Shown: one piece after another, positions 28,444 through 37,868 of the stretch | Position numbering within the stretch: position 1 is the stretch's first letter | How the letters are laid out: each line of letters starts with the position of its first letter | Assembly (NCBI GenBank): GCA_903925275.1 | Contig: CAIYES010000181.1 | Location: forward strand, 1-60,941 | Origin: an uncultured Bacteroidales bacterium | GTDB lineage: Bacteria; Bacteroidota; Bacteroidia; Bacteroidales; FEN-979 | Length of the DNA: 60,941 bases | Direction: 5' to 3' | Program-made: the position numbers and the translations under genes | Notes under the pieces: model-generated | The model's input: the letters and a program-made list of their open reading frames with translations, nothing else | Databases searched by the model: none | What the model was told of the DNA's origin: nothing

Positions 28444-28461
28444 TGCAGTATTCTGTTGATC

Positions 28462-28490
28462 ATACACTTCAAAGGGTTGTTACCCTGATG
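28462..28490 (-). promoter_or_regulatory. Probable ECF sigma promoter, copy 2
   Basis: CATCAGGGTAACAACCCTTTGAAGTGTAT upstream of fecR; near-identical to 23829-23857. Confidence 0.7.
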
Positions 28491-28519
28491 CAGAAGATAA
28501 AAAAAAGACGAAATTATTC

Positions 28520-28588
28520 TAAGGGCACAAAATTTTTTGCCTGTATTATAGCGAGTCAAAGTAAGGGCACAAGATTTTGTGCCCTTAC
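28520..28588. repeat. REP doublet: a degenerate copy plus a perfect palindrome inside the ECF sigma 3' end
   Basis: TAAGGGCACAAAATTTTTTGCCTGTA (28520-28545) and GTAAGGGCACAA-GATT-TTGTGCCCTTAC (28561-28588). Confidence 0.75.
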
Positions 28589-29137
28589 CAACAAAATAGC
28601 GAAAAAAAAGATCATCGGGAGGTATTCGGCGAGTCGGATGCGCATGTGCTGCAACGCTTTTGACATCTGGGTTTCAACTGTTTTTACCGAGATCTGAAGT
28701 TTATCGGCAATCTGTTGGTATTTCAGGTTCCCGTAGCGGTTTAGTACAAATATCTCCCGGCATTTGTCGGGGAGTTCTGCGATGCCGGCTGCAATTTGTT
28801 GCACGATCTCCTTTTCAACAAGTTTATCGGGCTGATCAAATCCGGTATCTTCCGGCAGGTTTTCAAGGGCCAGGAGATCATTGCTAAATTTTTTATGGTC
28901 ACGCAGAAAGTTCAGGCATTTATTACGCACTGTAGTTGTAAGATAGCTTTTAACAGGCTTCGAAAGATCGATGGTTTGTCGCTTTTCCCATAGACTGACA
29001 AAGGCATCCTGAACAATCTCCTTTGCCACCTCTTCTTGTTTCACATAACCCGATGCAAACTGACAAAGCCCGCTGAAATGATCCCTGAAAAGAGATTCCA
29101 GGGTATGTTCATCAAATTGCCGGTTTACCATTATCAT
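28556..29137 (-). CDS. ECF RNA polymerase sigma-70 factor (Bacteroidota expansion type)
   Basis: EIVQDAFVSLW, RNKCLN, LPDKCREIF and ISVKTVETQM; hydrophobic C-terminal tail. Confidence 0.92.
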   Translation of the reverse strand: MIMVNRQFDEHTLESLFRDHFSGLCQFASGYVKQEEVAKEIVQDAFVSLWEKRQTIDLSKPVKSYLTTTVRNKCLNFLRDHKKFSNDLLALENLPEDTGFDQPDKLVEKEIVQQIAAGIAELPDKCREIFVLNRYGNLKYQQIADKLQISVKTVETQMSKALQHMRIRLAEYLPMIFFFAILLVRAQNLVPLL

Positions 29138-29333
29138 CTTGAAATATTGAATCCAACGATCGTTTGCTGAGATGTAATAACAAAATAATGGAATATTTAT
29201 TTCAGGGGGCCGTTAAAAATGACGGCAGATTTTATCTGCATTCCTGTTTCATGGAATCGTTAAATCACCAAGGATGTTCATCAGGCTGACCGGGTTACGC
29301 AGGGTGAGGAATAACAATACTTTATTGTATCCT

Positions 29334-30977
29334 TCAGGTATACATAAACCGTTTGATTTTCTGAGTTGCAGTTTTCTGGAATGGGCCTGGTTGGGCAATA
29401 ACCAACTGCACCTGTGAGAATTTGTTTACCCGTGCGTTCACATAGTCCTGAAGCTCCATGCGCAATTCCTCGGTTTTCTGGTCGACATAATTGGAGACTT
29501 CATTTTTCAGAAAAAGATACCTCAACTCTATTTCTTCCTGGTTGAAATGAACCAGGGCAATGAGTTTACCTTTTTTCTCAATCACCAGCGATTCAACAAC
29601 ATGCCGGAAATTATTGATAACCGATTCGATGTCTTCGGGATAAACATTTTCGCCATTGGATCGAACGATCATACTTTTAACCCGTCCTCTGATGTACAGG
29701 TTACCACGGTCATCAAATGTGCCAAGGTCGCCGGTTTTAAGCCATCCATCGGGTGTGATCATCTCAGCGGTCAATTTAGGCTCTTTATAGTAACCTTTCA
29801 TGTTATTTGGACCTTTTGTCCAAATTTCCCCTTCGCCGGTGCGCTTGTCAGCATTGATAATTTTCAGTTCAACACCGATACAGGAAGGGCCAGTCGATTG
29901 CAGTACAGGATGTTGGGGATTGAAACCGGCCAGCAGGGGTGCACATTCAGTAAGGCCGTATCCAACCGCATACGGGAAATGGCTTTCGATGAGGAAGCGT
30001 TCCACTGTTTTATTCAGTTTTGCTCCTCCAACGCCAAAAAACCGCAACTGCCCGCCAAAAGTCTGCATCAGTTTTTTTCCGGCAACACGGTGTAACAACT
30101 TCCGCATGGGCGGAAATTTGTACAACATGTTTAAAATTTTCTTTTCGGTAAATTCAGGCAGAATCTTTGACCGGAAGATTTTTTCGATGATCAACGGAAC
30201 GGTCAGTATGGTGGTAGGCTTTACTTCCAGCAGCGCCGGAAGTAACAGTGCCGGTGTCGGGGGTTTTCCAAGATAATACACACAAGCTCCGCAATACATG
30301 GGAAGGACAAGTCCAAGGGTATTTTCATAGGTATGCGAAAGGGGGAGAATAGAGAGAAACCGATCAGTTTCAAACATATGTTGTATTTCGAACCCTTTAA
30401 TCGCGGTGAAACAGATATTCCGGTGGGTGAGCATGACTCCCTTTGGATTGCCGGTTGTTCCTGACGTATAAATGATTGCCGCAAGGTCATCTTCCTTCAC
30501 ATCGTATTCCATTGATGGTTTCGCCTCAGGATCAAATGCAGGCCAGTATTCAAATGATCTGACGACAGAAAAATCTTCGATCCTTACGACCTCCAGCAGA
30601 AAATCCGTGGTGAGACCAACTAATTTTGGCAACAATCCATCCGATGCAAAAACAACCCTGGTCTCGGAATGTTCAAGAAGGGCGGAAATTTCTACCGGCA
30701 GAAATTCCGGTAAAAGGGGCACTGCAACAGCTCCCATAAAGGTGATCGCATAATAAGCAATCCCCCAGTTTGGCTGGTTTGTGCTCAAAATGGCTACCTT
30801 GTCGCCAGGCTGGATCCCCAACTTCTCTAAAAAAGCAATTACGGCCATGATTCGGTCGTTGGTTTCGAGGTAGGTGAGTGGCCTCTTCCCTACCATTGCC
30901 AAGGCATCACGTGTGCCAAACCGGCTTAATGTTGATGCAAAAAAAGCCGGAAAAGTTAACATGGTTTTGTCTTCCAT
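29334..30977 (-). CDS. Long-chain fatty acid-CoA ligase (AMP-binding family)
   Basis: YTSGTTGNPKG, GYGLTE, TGDLG and GENVYPEDIE. Confidence 0.9.
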   Translation of the reverse strand: MEDKTMLTFPAFFASTLSRFGTRDALAMVGKRPLTYLETNDRIMAVIAFLEKLGIQPGDKVAILSTNQPNWGIAYYAITFMGAVAVPLLPEFLPVEISALLEHSETRVVFASDGLLPKLVGLTTDFLLEVVRIEDFSVVRSFEYWPAFDPEAKPSMEYDVKEDDLAAIIYTSGTTGNPKGVMLTHRNICFTAIKGFEIQHMFETDRFLSILPLSHTYENTLGLVLPMYCGACVYYLGKPPTPALLLPALLEVKPTTILTVPLIIEKIFRSKILPEFTEKKILNMLYKFPPMRKLLHRVAGKKLMQTFGGQLRFFGVGGAKLNKTVERFLIESHFPYAVGYGLTECAPLLAGFNPQHPVLQSTGPSCIGVELKIINADKRTGEGEIWTKGPNNMKGYYKEPKLTAEMITPDGWLKTGDLGTFDDRGNLYIRGRVKSMIVRSNGENVYPEDIESVINNFRHVVESLVIEKKGKLIALVHFNQEEIELRYLFLKNEVSNYVDQKTEELRMELQDYVNARVNKFSQVQLVIAQPGPFQKTATQKIKRFMYT

Positions 30978-31190
30978 GATTTGTTTTTACCCAGGAAAAA
31001 GCCCAGTAAAGCGCTTGCGGGGGCATCTTCGAGGAAATACCAATGGCAAATGTACACATAATTCCTCGGTTTTGTTTTTTGCAGGAAAGGAAAATATGAT
31101 CATTCGAACCATTTTGACAATCAATTCCACTATTTGCTATTGACTTTCAATATTTTAGTTTGTATATTTGGGGCAAACAAAATACACACC

Positions 31191-31991
31191 ATGAAAAAAC
31201 TTTTGACAATATTGTCTATCGTGTTCTTCGTCGGGCAGACATGGGCACAAACCACGGAATTTCTTCAGCAGAAGGATTTTAAACTTGAAAAACAAAAAAT
31301 TTTTGAAGGCATCAATGCATCCAAAAAGCAGTTGAACGAGATTAAGAAAAGTGATTTGAAAATGGAGCAATCCATTGATAGTCTGAAACAAATTATCGGT
31401 TATTACACCGGGCAATTGGTTATGACTACCGACTCCCTTTCAAAAACCAGTGTTAAACTCAATGCACTTCAGGAAAAAGTCGACAATGAAAAATCTCTCT
31501 CCAAAGGCATGCTCCTTCTGTTCATTGTGATCATTCTCCTGCTATTCATTCTTCTTTTTGTCATGATTTTCCTTTTAAAAAATAAAGCTGAGTTAAACCA
31601 TACCTCGCTTGTTGAACTAGATAAAAAAACGAATGAACAAATTGAAATTGAGAAGAAAAATCTCAAAAACGAAATACAAAGTTGCAACGATCTTATCGGC
31701 AGCAATTCCAATGAAATGAATCAAAGGATTTCAACCGGGCTGAGTTCCATTGAAACCAGGAACAATCAGATGGAGCAGCAATTACAGGAAAATCTTGGCC
31801 GGCTCGGGAGCAGAATCGACATTATCGGACCGGAGGTCAGTAAACTCAAGGAAGAACTATCCAACGGTATAAAAAGCATTGAAGACAAGCTAAACGCTGT
31901 AAAACGGGAAGTGGATCAAAGTAACCAGGTTGTAGCTGCCCAAACCGCAAAACTCGAAGAAGAGCTCAGGATTCTTAAAGGAAAACATTAG
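31191..31991 (+). CDS. Single-pass membrane protein with coiled coils on both sides
   Basis: Signal peptide from ATG 31191 (TATATTTG box at 31163-31170); one TM; heptad-rich. Confidence 0.75.
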   Translation: MKKLLTILSIVFFVGQTWAQTTEFLQQKDFKLEKQKIFEGINASKKQLNEIKKSDLKMEQSIDSLKQIIGYYTGQLVMTTDSLSKTSVKLNALQEKVDNEKSLSKGMLLLFIVIILLLFILLFVMIFLLKNKAELNHTSLVELDKKTNEQIEIEKKNLKNEIQSCNDLIGSNSNEMNQRISTGLSSIETRNNQMEQQLQENLGRLGSRIDIIGPEVSKLKEELSNGIKSIEDKLNAVKREVDQSNQVVAAQTAKLEEELRILKGKH

Positions 31992-32108
31992 GACGATTTG
32001 GCAAGGTTGATTTCCCTTTTGCAGGCAACTCCCTGATTGTGAACCCATGTTGACAACAACTCCGTTAGAGTTATTGTTTTATATGCCGGGAATTCTTACA
32101 TTTGATCC

Positions 32109-32459
32109 ATGAATATAGAAGAACTCCGGGATTTTTGTCTCAGCCTGCCGGCAGTAACTGAAGATATCAAGTGGGAAGAACACCTGGTATTTTCGGTTGC
32201 AGAAAAAATATTTTGTCTGACAGGACTTGACCCTCCTTTTCACATTGCCTTAAAGGTGCCTGAAGATCAATTTGATGAGCTTACCCAGGTGAGTCAAATA
32301 ATCCAGGCTTCTCATTTTGCACGCCGGCAATGGATGACCATTCTCGACGAAAGCATTTTCAGCAGGGCAGAATGGGAGTTTTACATCACCCAATCCTATC
32401 AGCTGGTAAAGTCCAAATTGCCGAAGAAGGTCAGAGACTCCATTGACGAAAACCACTGA
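32109..32459 (+). CDS. MmcQ/YjbR family protein
   Basis: LRDFCLSLP, F.V..KIF and SYQLV.SKLPKK; TACATTTG box at 32097-32104. Confidence 0.85.
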   Translation: MNIEELRDFCLSLPAVTEDIKWEEHLVFSVAEKIFCLTGLDPPFHIALKVPEDQFDELTQVSQIIQASHFARRQWMTILDESIFSRAEWEFYITQSYQLVKSKLPKKVRDSIDENH

Positions 32460-32508
32460 CAAAGCCCGGTCATTTAATTAAATTGTGAGATAAGCTATCG
32501 GGGAAGTA

Positions 32509-33102
32509 ATGGGAAAATTATCTTTTGCCGCAGTAATTCCCGCAGCCGGGAATTCAGGACGCATGGGAAGCCAAAAGGTATCGATGCCCTATGGCAACGG
32601 ATCAGGTTTTGCAGAACACCTGACAAATTGTTTTAGCGTTTACGGTTGTCACCCTGTTGTGCTTATCGTAAATGAGAATTTTGACTTGGCCACACTTCAA
32701 GCTGAAAACCTGATCATCGTTGTAAACCGCCATGTGGAAAAAGGCCGGTCGCATTCAATTCATCTCGGATTGCAACATGTTCCTGAAGGATCCGCGTGTT
32801 TTATCCATAACATCGATAATCCCTTCCCTGAATCCGCTGTGCTCAATGGGTTGCTGACGGCTGTTCCTTCGGATGGTTATGCGGTTCCGGTATATCTGGG
32901 ACGGGGAGGACATCCGGTTCTGCTGGGTTGCGGGATGGCTGACCTTCTTCGAAGCCAGCGTGATCTGGCCGATTTCCGACAAGCACTGCAGGGGTTCACA
33001 AAGGTTGAGGTTCCCTGCGCAGATGAACATATCCTGTGGAACATCAATACTCCTGAAGAATATCAGCGGTTTATCCGATACACACAACCCAAAACCGGGT
33101 AA
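32509..33102 (+). CDS. Molybdenum cofactor cytidylyltransferase-like nucleotidyltransferase (MocA/YgfJ family)
   Basis: IPAAG.SGRMG.QK, GHPVL and NINTPEEY; adjacent to xdhC. Confidence 0.75.
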   Translation: MGKLSFAAVIPAAGNSGRMGSQKVSMPYGNGSGFAEHLTNCFSVYGCHPVVLIVNENFDLATLQAENLIIVVNRHVEKGRSHSIHLGLQHVPEGSACFIHNIDNPFPESAVLNGLLTAVPSDGYAVPVYLGRGGHPVLLGCGMADLLRSQRDLADFRQALQGFTKVEVPCADEHILWNINTPEEYQRFIRYTQPKTG

Positions 33103-33217
33103 CGTTCCTGATCTTCATGTCAAAAAACCGCTTTTCGGGGCGTTTGAATTTGAGGCTTACCACTTTTTTTGTAATTTTACCCCAACAAACATACCTGTAT
33201 CCTTATAAGTTGAAGTT

Positions 33218-33994
33218 ATGCAGCATTTTTTTTTAAAAGCCGATGAGGTTATAAACGGGTCAAAACCTGCAGCATTATGCATTGTTGTTGATACCCGGGG
33301 ATCAACCCCCAGGAAACAGGGAGCCAGAATGATTGTTTATGCCGATGGCTCTCTGTACGGAAGCATCGGCGGAGGCAGGGTTGAAAAAGAGGTGACGGAA
33401 ATGGCTCTGAAGCTGATCGCCTCCGGCAAACCTTCTAAAGTGACATTTAACCTGGAAGAGGATCTTGGAATGCATTGCGGAGGACTGATGGAGATTTACA
33501 TTGAACCGTTGAATCCATTGAAAAAACTCTATATTTTCGGTGCAGGACATATTGGAAAATCCCTGGCAGGCTTTGCCCGGGAACTTGATTTTTCCGTAAC
33601 GCTGTTTGACCCGCGCCATGAGATTTTCCGGGATGAGGTGTTCACATCTTTTACCTGTGTCAACAATGATTATTTCAAAGCCATTGAAGAGGCTGTTTTT
33701 GACGACAACACCTTTGTTGTTATCGTTACTCCAAAACATGTTTATGATGAGGAAATTTTGGCAGCCGTAGCCCGTAAACCACATGCTTATCTTGGCATGA
33801 TCGGGAGCGGAAGGAAAGTTGATATGCTTAAACAGCGGTTTCTTGAACAAAACATCCTTTCAGGGGAAGAACTTGCAAAAATTGACATGCCCATCGGAAT
33901 CCGGTTCAACGCGGAAACACCCCAGGAAATCGCTATCAGCATCCTGGCTAAACTAATCGATGAAAGAAATAGTGCAATGAACAAAAATAGTTGA
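33218..33994 (+). CDS. xdhC: XdhC/CoxI xanthine dehydrogenase maturation factor
   Basis: GSTPR..GARM, GSIGGG, MHCGG, IFGAGH, YLGMIGS and TPQEIAISI. Confidence 0.9.
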   Translation: MQHFFLKADEVINGSKPAALCIVVDTRGSTPRKQGARMIVYADGSLYGSIGGGRVEKEVTEMALKLIASGKPSKVTFNLEEDLGMHCGGLMEIYIEPLNPLKKLYIFGAGHIGKSLAGFARELDFSVTLFDPRHEIFRDEVFTSFTCVNNDYFKAIEEAVFDDNTFVVIVTPKHVYDEEILAAVARKPHAYLGMIGSGRKVDMLKQRFLEQNILSGEELAKIDMPIGIRFNAETPQEIAISILAKLIDERNSAMNKNS

Positions 33995-34006
33995 AACAGC
34001 AATAAA

Positions 34007-37000
34007 TTGAACGAAATTCAGCATACCATCCGTTTCGTCTTCGACGACCGCCTTATTGAAATTGATTTTTCAGCATCTCATGGATTGACTCCGACCACGA
34101 CCGTATTGAATTACCTTCGTTCGCTGCCGAACCATAAAGGGGTAAAGGAGGGCTGCGCCCAGGGCGATTGCGGAGCTTGTACGGTAGTACTTGCCGAACC
34201 TGGTGAAAATGATCAATTAGTTTACCATGCGGTTGATTCTTGTCTGATTTTTCTCCCGATGATTCACGGGAGACAATTGATAACCATTGAAAACCTCGCT
34301 GTTACTCAGAATAATCAAAAGATACTTCACCCGGTGCAGCAAATGATGGTTGAGACGAACGGCAGCCAGTGCGGATATTGCACACCGGGAGTCGTGATGT
34401 CGATTTTCGGGCTGTTTAAAAACCACCATAACCCCTCCCGCGAAATCCTCGAAGATGCACTCACCGGCAATTTATGCCGTTGTACTGGTTATCAATCCAT
34501 TCTTGAAGCAGCCGGGAACGTTGGAAAAAACACACAATCCGACCATTTTTCCTGCTGCGAATCCACAACCCTGTCCATGTTAAAGTCGATCAGGGCCAAT
34601 AAGGGGACAATAGAACTACGGACTGATACGCAATGTTATATTAAACCTTTTACCATCGCCGAGGTACTCCGGTTGCGGAATGAAAATCCTGGAGCCATCC
34701 TGATCAACGGATCCACCGATGTTGCCCTGCACCAAACAAAGAAAAAGGAGTTACTTCACCTGATCATTGACCTTTCGGCAGTAGGTGAACTGCGATTTTG
34801 CAGAGAAGAGGAAGATCATTACGTTATTGGCGCCGGGCTACCGCTGGAACAGGTTAAGCTTTTTGCTAAAGACAGGTTACCCGCCCTTTTCAATATTCTC
34901 AAGGTTTTCGGATCCTTGCAGATCAGGAATCTTGCCACCCTGGGCGGTAACGTCGGATCAGCTTCCCCCATCGGGGATACCCTGCCCTTGTTGATAGCCT
35001 ACAGGGCAAAAATAATTTTGCGATCTGTGGAAGCTGAAAGGGTAATCGGAGTGGAAGATTTTATTACCGGTTATCGGAAAACTGATCTTCACAACAATGA
35101 ACTGATCATCGGAATTATATTACCGAAATACGCTATTGATACTGCTGTTTTTTCGCATAAGATTTCCAAGCGGAAAGATATGGATATTTCCACTGTCAGT
35201 GCTGCTTTCAGAATAACCAGAAAACAAGGAATTGTATCCGAAATCATACTCGCTTTTGGAGGTTTGTCAGCAACGCCTGAACGCGCAGTTAAAACTGAGT
35301 TTTTTCTGACAGGAAAAACCTGGTCACGCACCAACTTGTCGGAAGCCATGCAGGTGTTTGACAATGAATTTGCCCCAATCTCTGATGCCCGGGCAAATGC
35401 TGAATACAGAAAGCGTGCCGGCAGGAATTTGCTGATGCGGTTTTTCATTGAATCAACAACTGATCCTATAGGGATGGCAGACGTTGTGAACTTAGCAAAC
35501 CCGATCAGGGCGGTTTATAACAATCCATCGGAAAGCGCCGTGAAACATGTGACCGGCGAATCTGTATTCATTGGTGATATCCAGGTAAACAACCAATTGC
35601 TTGTCGGGAAGGTGGTAATCAGCAAACATGCCCATGCACTGATCAGCCGGATTGATCTTTTAAAAGCCTTGTCGGTTAAAGGAGTCCACTGCATCCTGAC
35701 TGCAAAAGATATTCCGGGTGAAAACCAGATGGGGCCGGTGATCAAGGACGAGATATGCCTGGCCTGCAAGGAGGTCACCTTTATCGGGCAGGCCATTGCC
35801 CTCATCGCAGCCGACAGTGAAGAGGCTGCGCTTGAAGCCGAAAAATATATTGTTATTGAATACGAACCACTGCCGGCCATCCTCGACATTGAGTCGGCCA
35901 TGGCTGTGAACAATCTGATCGCCCCATCCCGGAAAATTGAACGCGGTGATCCGCATGCTGCAATGCAGCGGGCTCCGCATGTTATCCGCGGTGAATTGAA
36001 AACAGGCGCACAGGAACACTGGTACCTTGAAACACAGGCAGCACTTGCCATTCCCGGTGAGGGAAAGGAAATTTTTATGCATGCCTCCACTCAGAACCCT
36101 GCTGAAACCCAGGCAATCGTGTCGGAAGTATTGGGGATCCCAAAAAACGAAGTTGAAGTGGAAGTTAAACGCATCGGCGGGGCCTTCGGTGGTAAAGAGA
36201 CACAGGGAAACCACGTGGCTGCCTGGGCTGCATTGCTTGCCCATGCAACGAAACGTCCGGTAAGAATCCAATTGTTCCGCGACGATGACCAGATCATGAC
36301 CGGCAAACGGCACCGCTTTCTTTCGAAATATGAAATTGGCTTTGACGACCAGGGACTGATTTTGGCTTACAAGGTGGAACTGAACTCAGATGCAGGTTCT
36401 TCAACCGACCTGTCGCTGGCTATTCTTGAGCGAGCCATGCTCCATGCCGACAATGCTTACTTTCTGCCGCACTCTTCTATAGTCGGACAAGCGTGGAAAA
36501 CAAATCTCCCGTCAAACACGGCATTTCGCGGTTTTGGCGGCCCTCAGGGCATGGCAGTCATTGAAAATGCCATCGACCGAATAGCTCTGTTTCTGAAAAA
36601 AGATGCGGCCGTAATCCGGCTTCAAAACTTTTACCAGCAAAAACAGAACAACCTGACGCCATATGGCAAAAAGGTGGAAAATAGCCATCTGCACAAGATG
36701 TATGAAAAACTCATCGTTTCCTCGGAATACCAGAAAAGGAGGATTGAGATCAATACATTCAATGCCGAAAATGAATTTTTAAAAAAAGGCATGGCGCTGA
36801 CCCCGGTGAAATTCGGGATTTCCTTTACAACTGCATTTCTTAATCAGGCCGGTGCCCTGGTCAATATTTACACGGATGGAACGGTGCTTATCAACCATGG
36901 CGGGACGGAAATGGGGCAGGGACTTCATACCAAAATTGTTCATATTGCTTCAACATGTCTGGGTATCTCTCCCGAACATGTAAAGGTGAATGCCACCAAT

Positions 37001-37828
37001 ACGTCGAAGGTTCCCAACACCTCTCCTACTGCGGCTTCTTCAGGAAGTGATCTCAATGGCATGGCGGTGAAAAATGCCATTGACATCATCAAAGAAAGGT
37101 TGATCAAACTGGCTGTTAAGGAACTTACAGCACATTATCCCGGCCTTAATTTTCATAGTGAGAACATTTCATTCCTGGAAAATTGCGTTTTCGACAAGGA
37201 GCATCATGCCTGTAAAATTCCTTTTAATCAACTCTGCAGCCTGGCGCATCTGAACCAGGTAAGCCTGAGTTCAACCGGGTTTTATAAAACACCGGGTATC
37301 TTCTACGATCGCGCAAAAGGCCAGGGAAATCCATTCTACTATTATGCTTACGGAATGGCAGTTTCGGAGGTGGTTGCCGACACCCTGACAGGGTGCCACA
37401 CCCTGCTTCGGACCGACATCATCCACGATGTTGGCGATTCAATCAACAAATCCATTGACCTGGGGCAGATTGAGGGGGGATTTATCCAGGGCATGGGATG
37501 GTGCACTACCGAGGAGATCAAGTGGGATCGTGAAGGTAATCTGCTGACCTATTCTCCCGACACTTACAAGATCCCCACCATCAACGATATCCCGAAAATT
37601 TTCCGTGTTGAACTGCTGCAGAATGTTCCCAATCCCGGAACGATCAGCGGAAGCAAAGCCGTTGGAGAACCACCTTTTATGCTTGGGCTGTCGGTTTGGC
37701 TGGCTATCAAGGATGCCATTTCGGCCATCGGAAACCATGAAACGGAACCTGAATTTTCGCTGCCTGCCACAGTCGATGTGATCCTGATGGCTGCAGAAAA
37801 GTTGAGAAAAAGAAGGGAAGATTTGTAA
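34007..37828 (+). CDS. Single-chain xanthine dehydrogenase (2Fe-2S + FAD + Moco; XdhA-XdhB fusion)
   Basis: GCAQGDCGAC, QCGYC, NLCRC, QIRN.ATLGGN, QEHWYLE, FGGKET, AFRGFGGPQG and KAVGEPP; TTG start. Confidence 0.92.
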   Translation: MNEIQHTIRFVFDDRLIEIDFSASHGLTPTTTVLNYLRSLPNHKGVKEGCAQGDCGACTVVLAEPGENDQLVYHAVDSCLIFLPMIHGRQLITIENLAVTQNNQKILHPVQQMMVETNGSQCGYCTPGVVMSIFGLFKNHHNPSREILEDALTGNLCRCTGYQSILEAAGNVGKNTQSDHFSCCESTTLSMLKSIRANKGTIELRTDTQCYIKPFTIAEVLRLRNENPGAILINGSTDVALHQTKKKELLHLIIDLSAVGELRFCREEEDHYVIGAGLPLEQVKLFAKDRLPALFNILKVFGSLQIRNLATLGGNVGSASPIGDTLPLLIAYRAKIILRSVEAERVIGVEDFITGYRKTDLHNNELIIGIILPKYAIDTAVFSHKISKRKDMDISTVSAAFRITRKQGIVSEIILAFGGLSATPERAVKTEFFLTGKTWSRTNLSEAMQVFDNEFAPISDARANAEYRKRAGRNLLMRFFIESTTDPIGMADVVNLANPIRAVYNNPSESAVKHVTGESVFIGDIQVNNQLLVGKVVISKHAHALISRIDLLKALSVKGVHCILTAKDIPGENQMGPVIKDEICLACKEVTFIGQAIALIAADSEEAALEAEKYIVIEYEPLPAILDIESAMAVNNLIAPSRKIERGDPHAAMQRAPHVIRGELKTGAQEHWYLETQAALAIPGEGKEIFMHASTQNPAETQAIVSEVLGIPKNEVEVEVKRIGGAFGGKETQGNHVAAWAALLAHATKRPVRIQLFRDDDQIMTGKRHRFLSKYEIGFDDQGLILAYKVELNSDAGSSTDLSLAILERAMLHADNAYFLPHSSIVGQAWKTNLPSNTAFRGFGGPQGMAVIENAIDRIALFLKKDAAVIRLQNFYQQKQNNLTPYGKKVENSHLHKMYEKLIVSSEYQKRRIEINTFNAENEFLKKGMALTPVKFGISFTTAFLNQAGALVNIYTDGTVLINHGGTEMGQGLHTKIVHIASTCLGISPEHVKVNATNTSKVPNTSPTAASSGSDLNGMAVKNAIDIIKERLIKLAVKELTAHYPGLNFHSENISFLENCVFDKEHHACKIPFNQLCSLAHLNQVSLSSTGFYKTPGIFYDRAKGQGNPFYYYAYGMAVSEVVADTLTGCHTLLRTDIIHDVGDSINKSIDLGQIEGGFIQGMGWCTTEEIKWDREGNLLTYSPDTYKIPTINDIPKIFRVELLQNVPNPGTISGSKAVGEPPFMLGLSVWLAIKDAISAIGNHETEPEFSLPATVDVILMAAEKLRKRREDL

Positions 37829-37868
37829 TTTAGCCGGTTTAAATGTATCCATTTAATACCTCTCTCAA

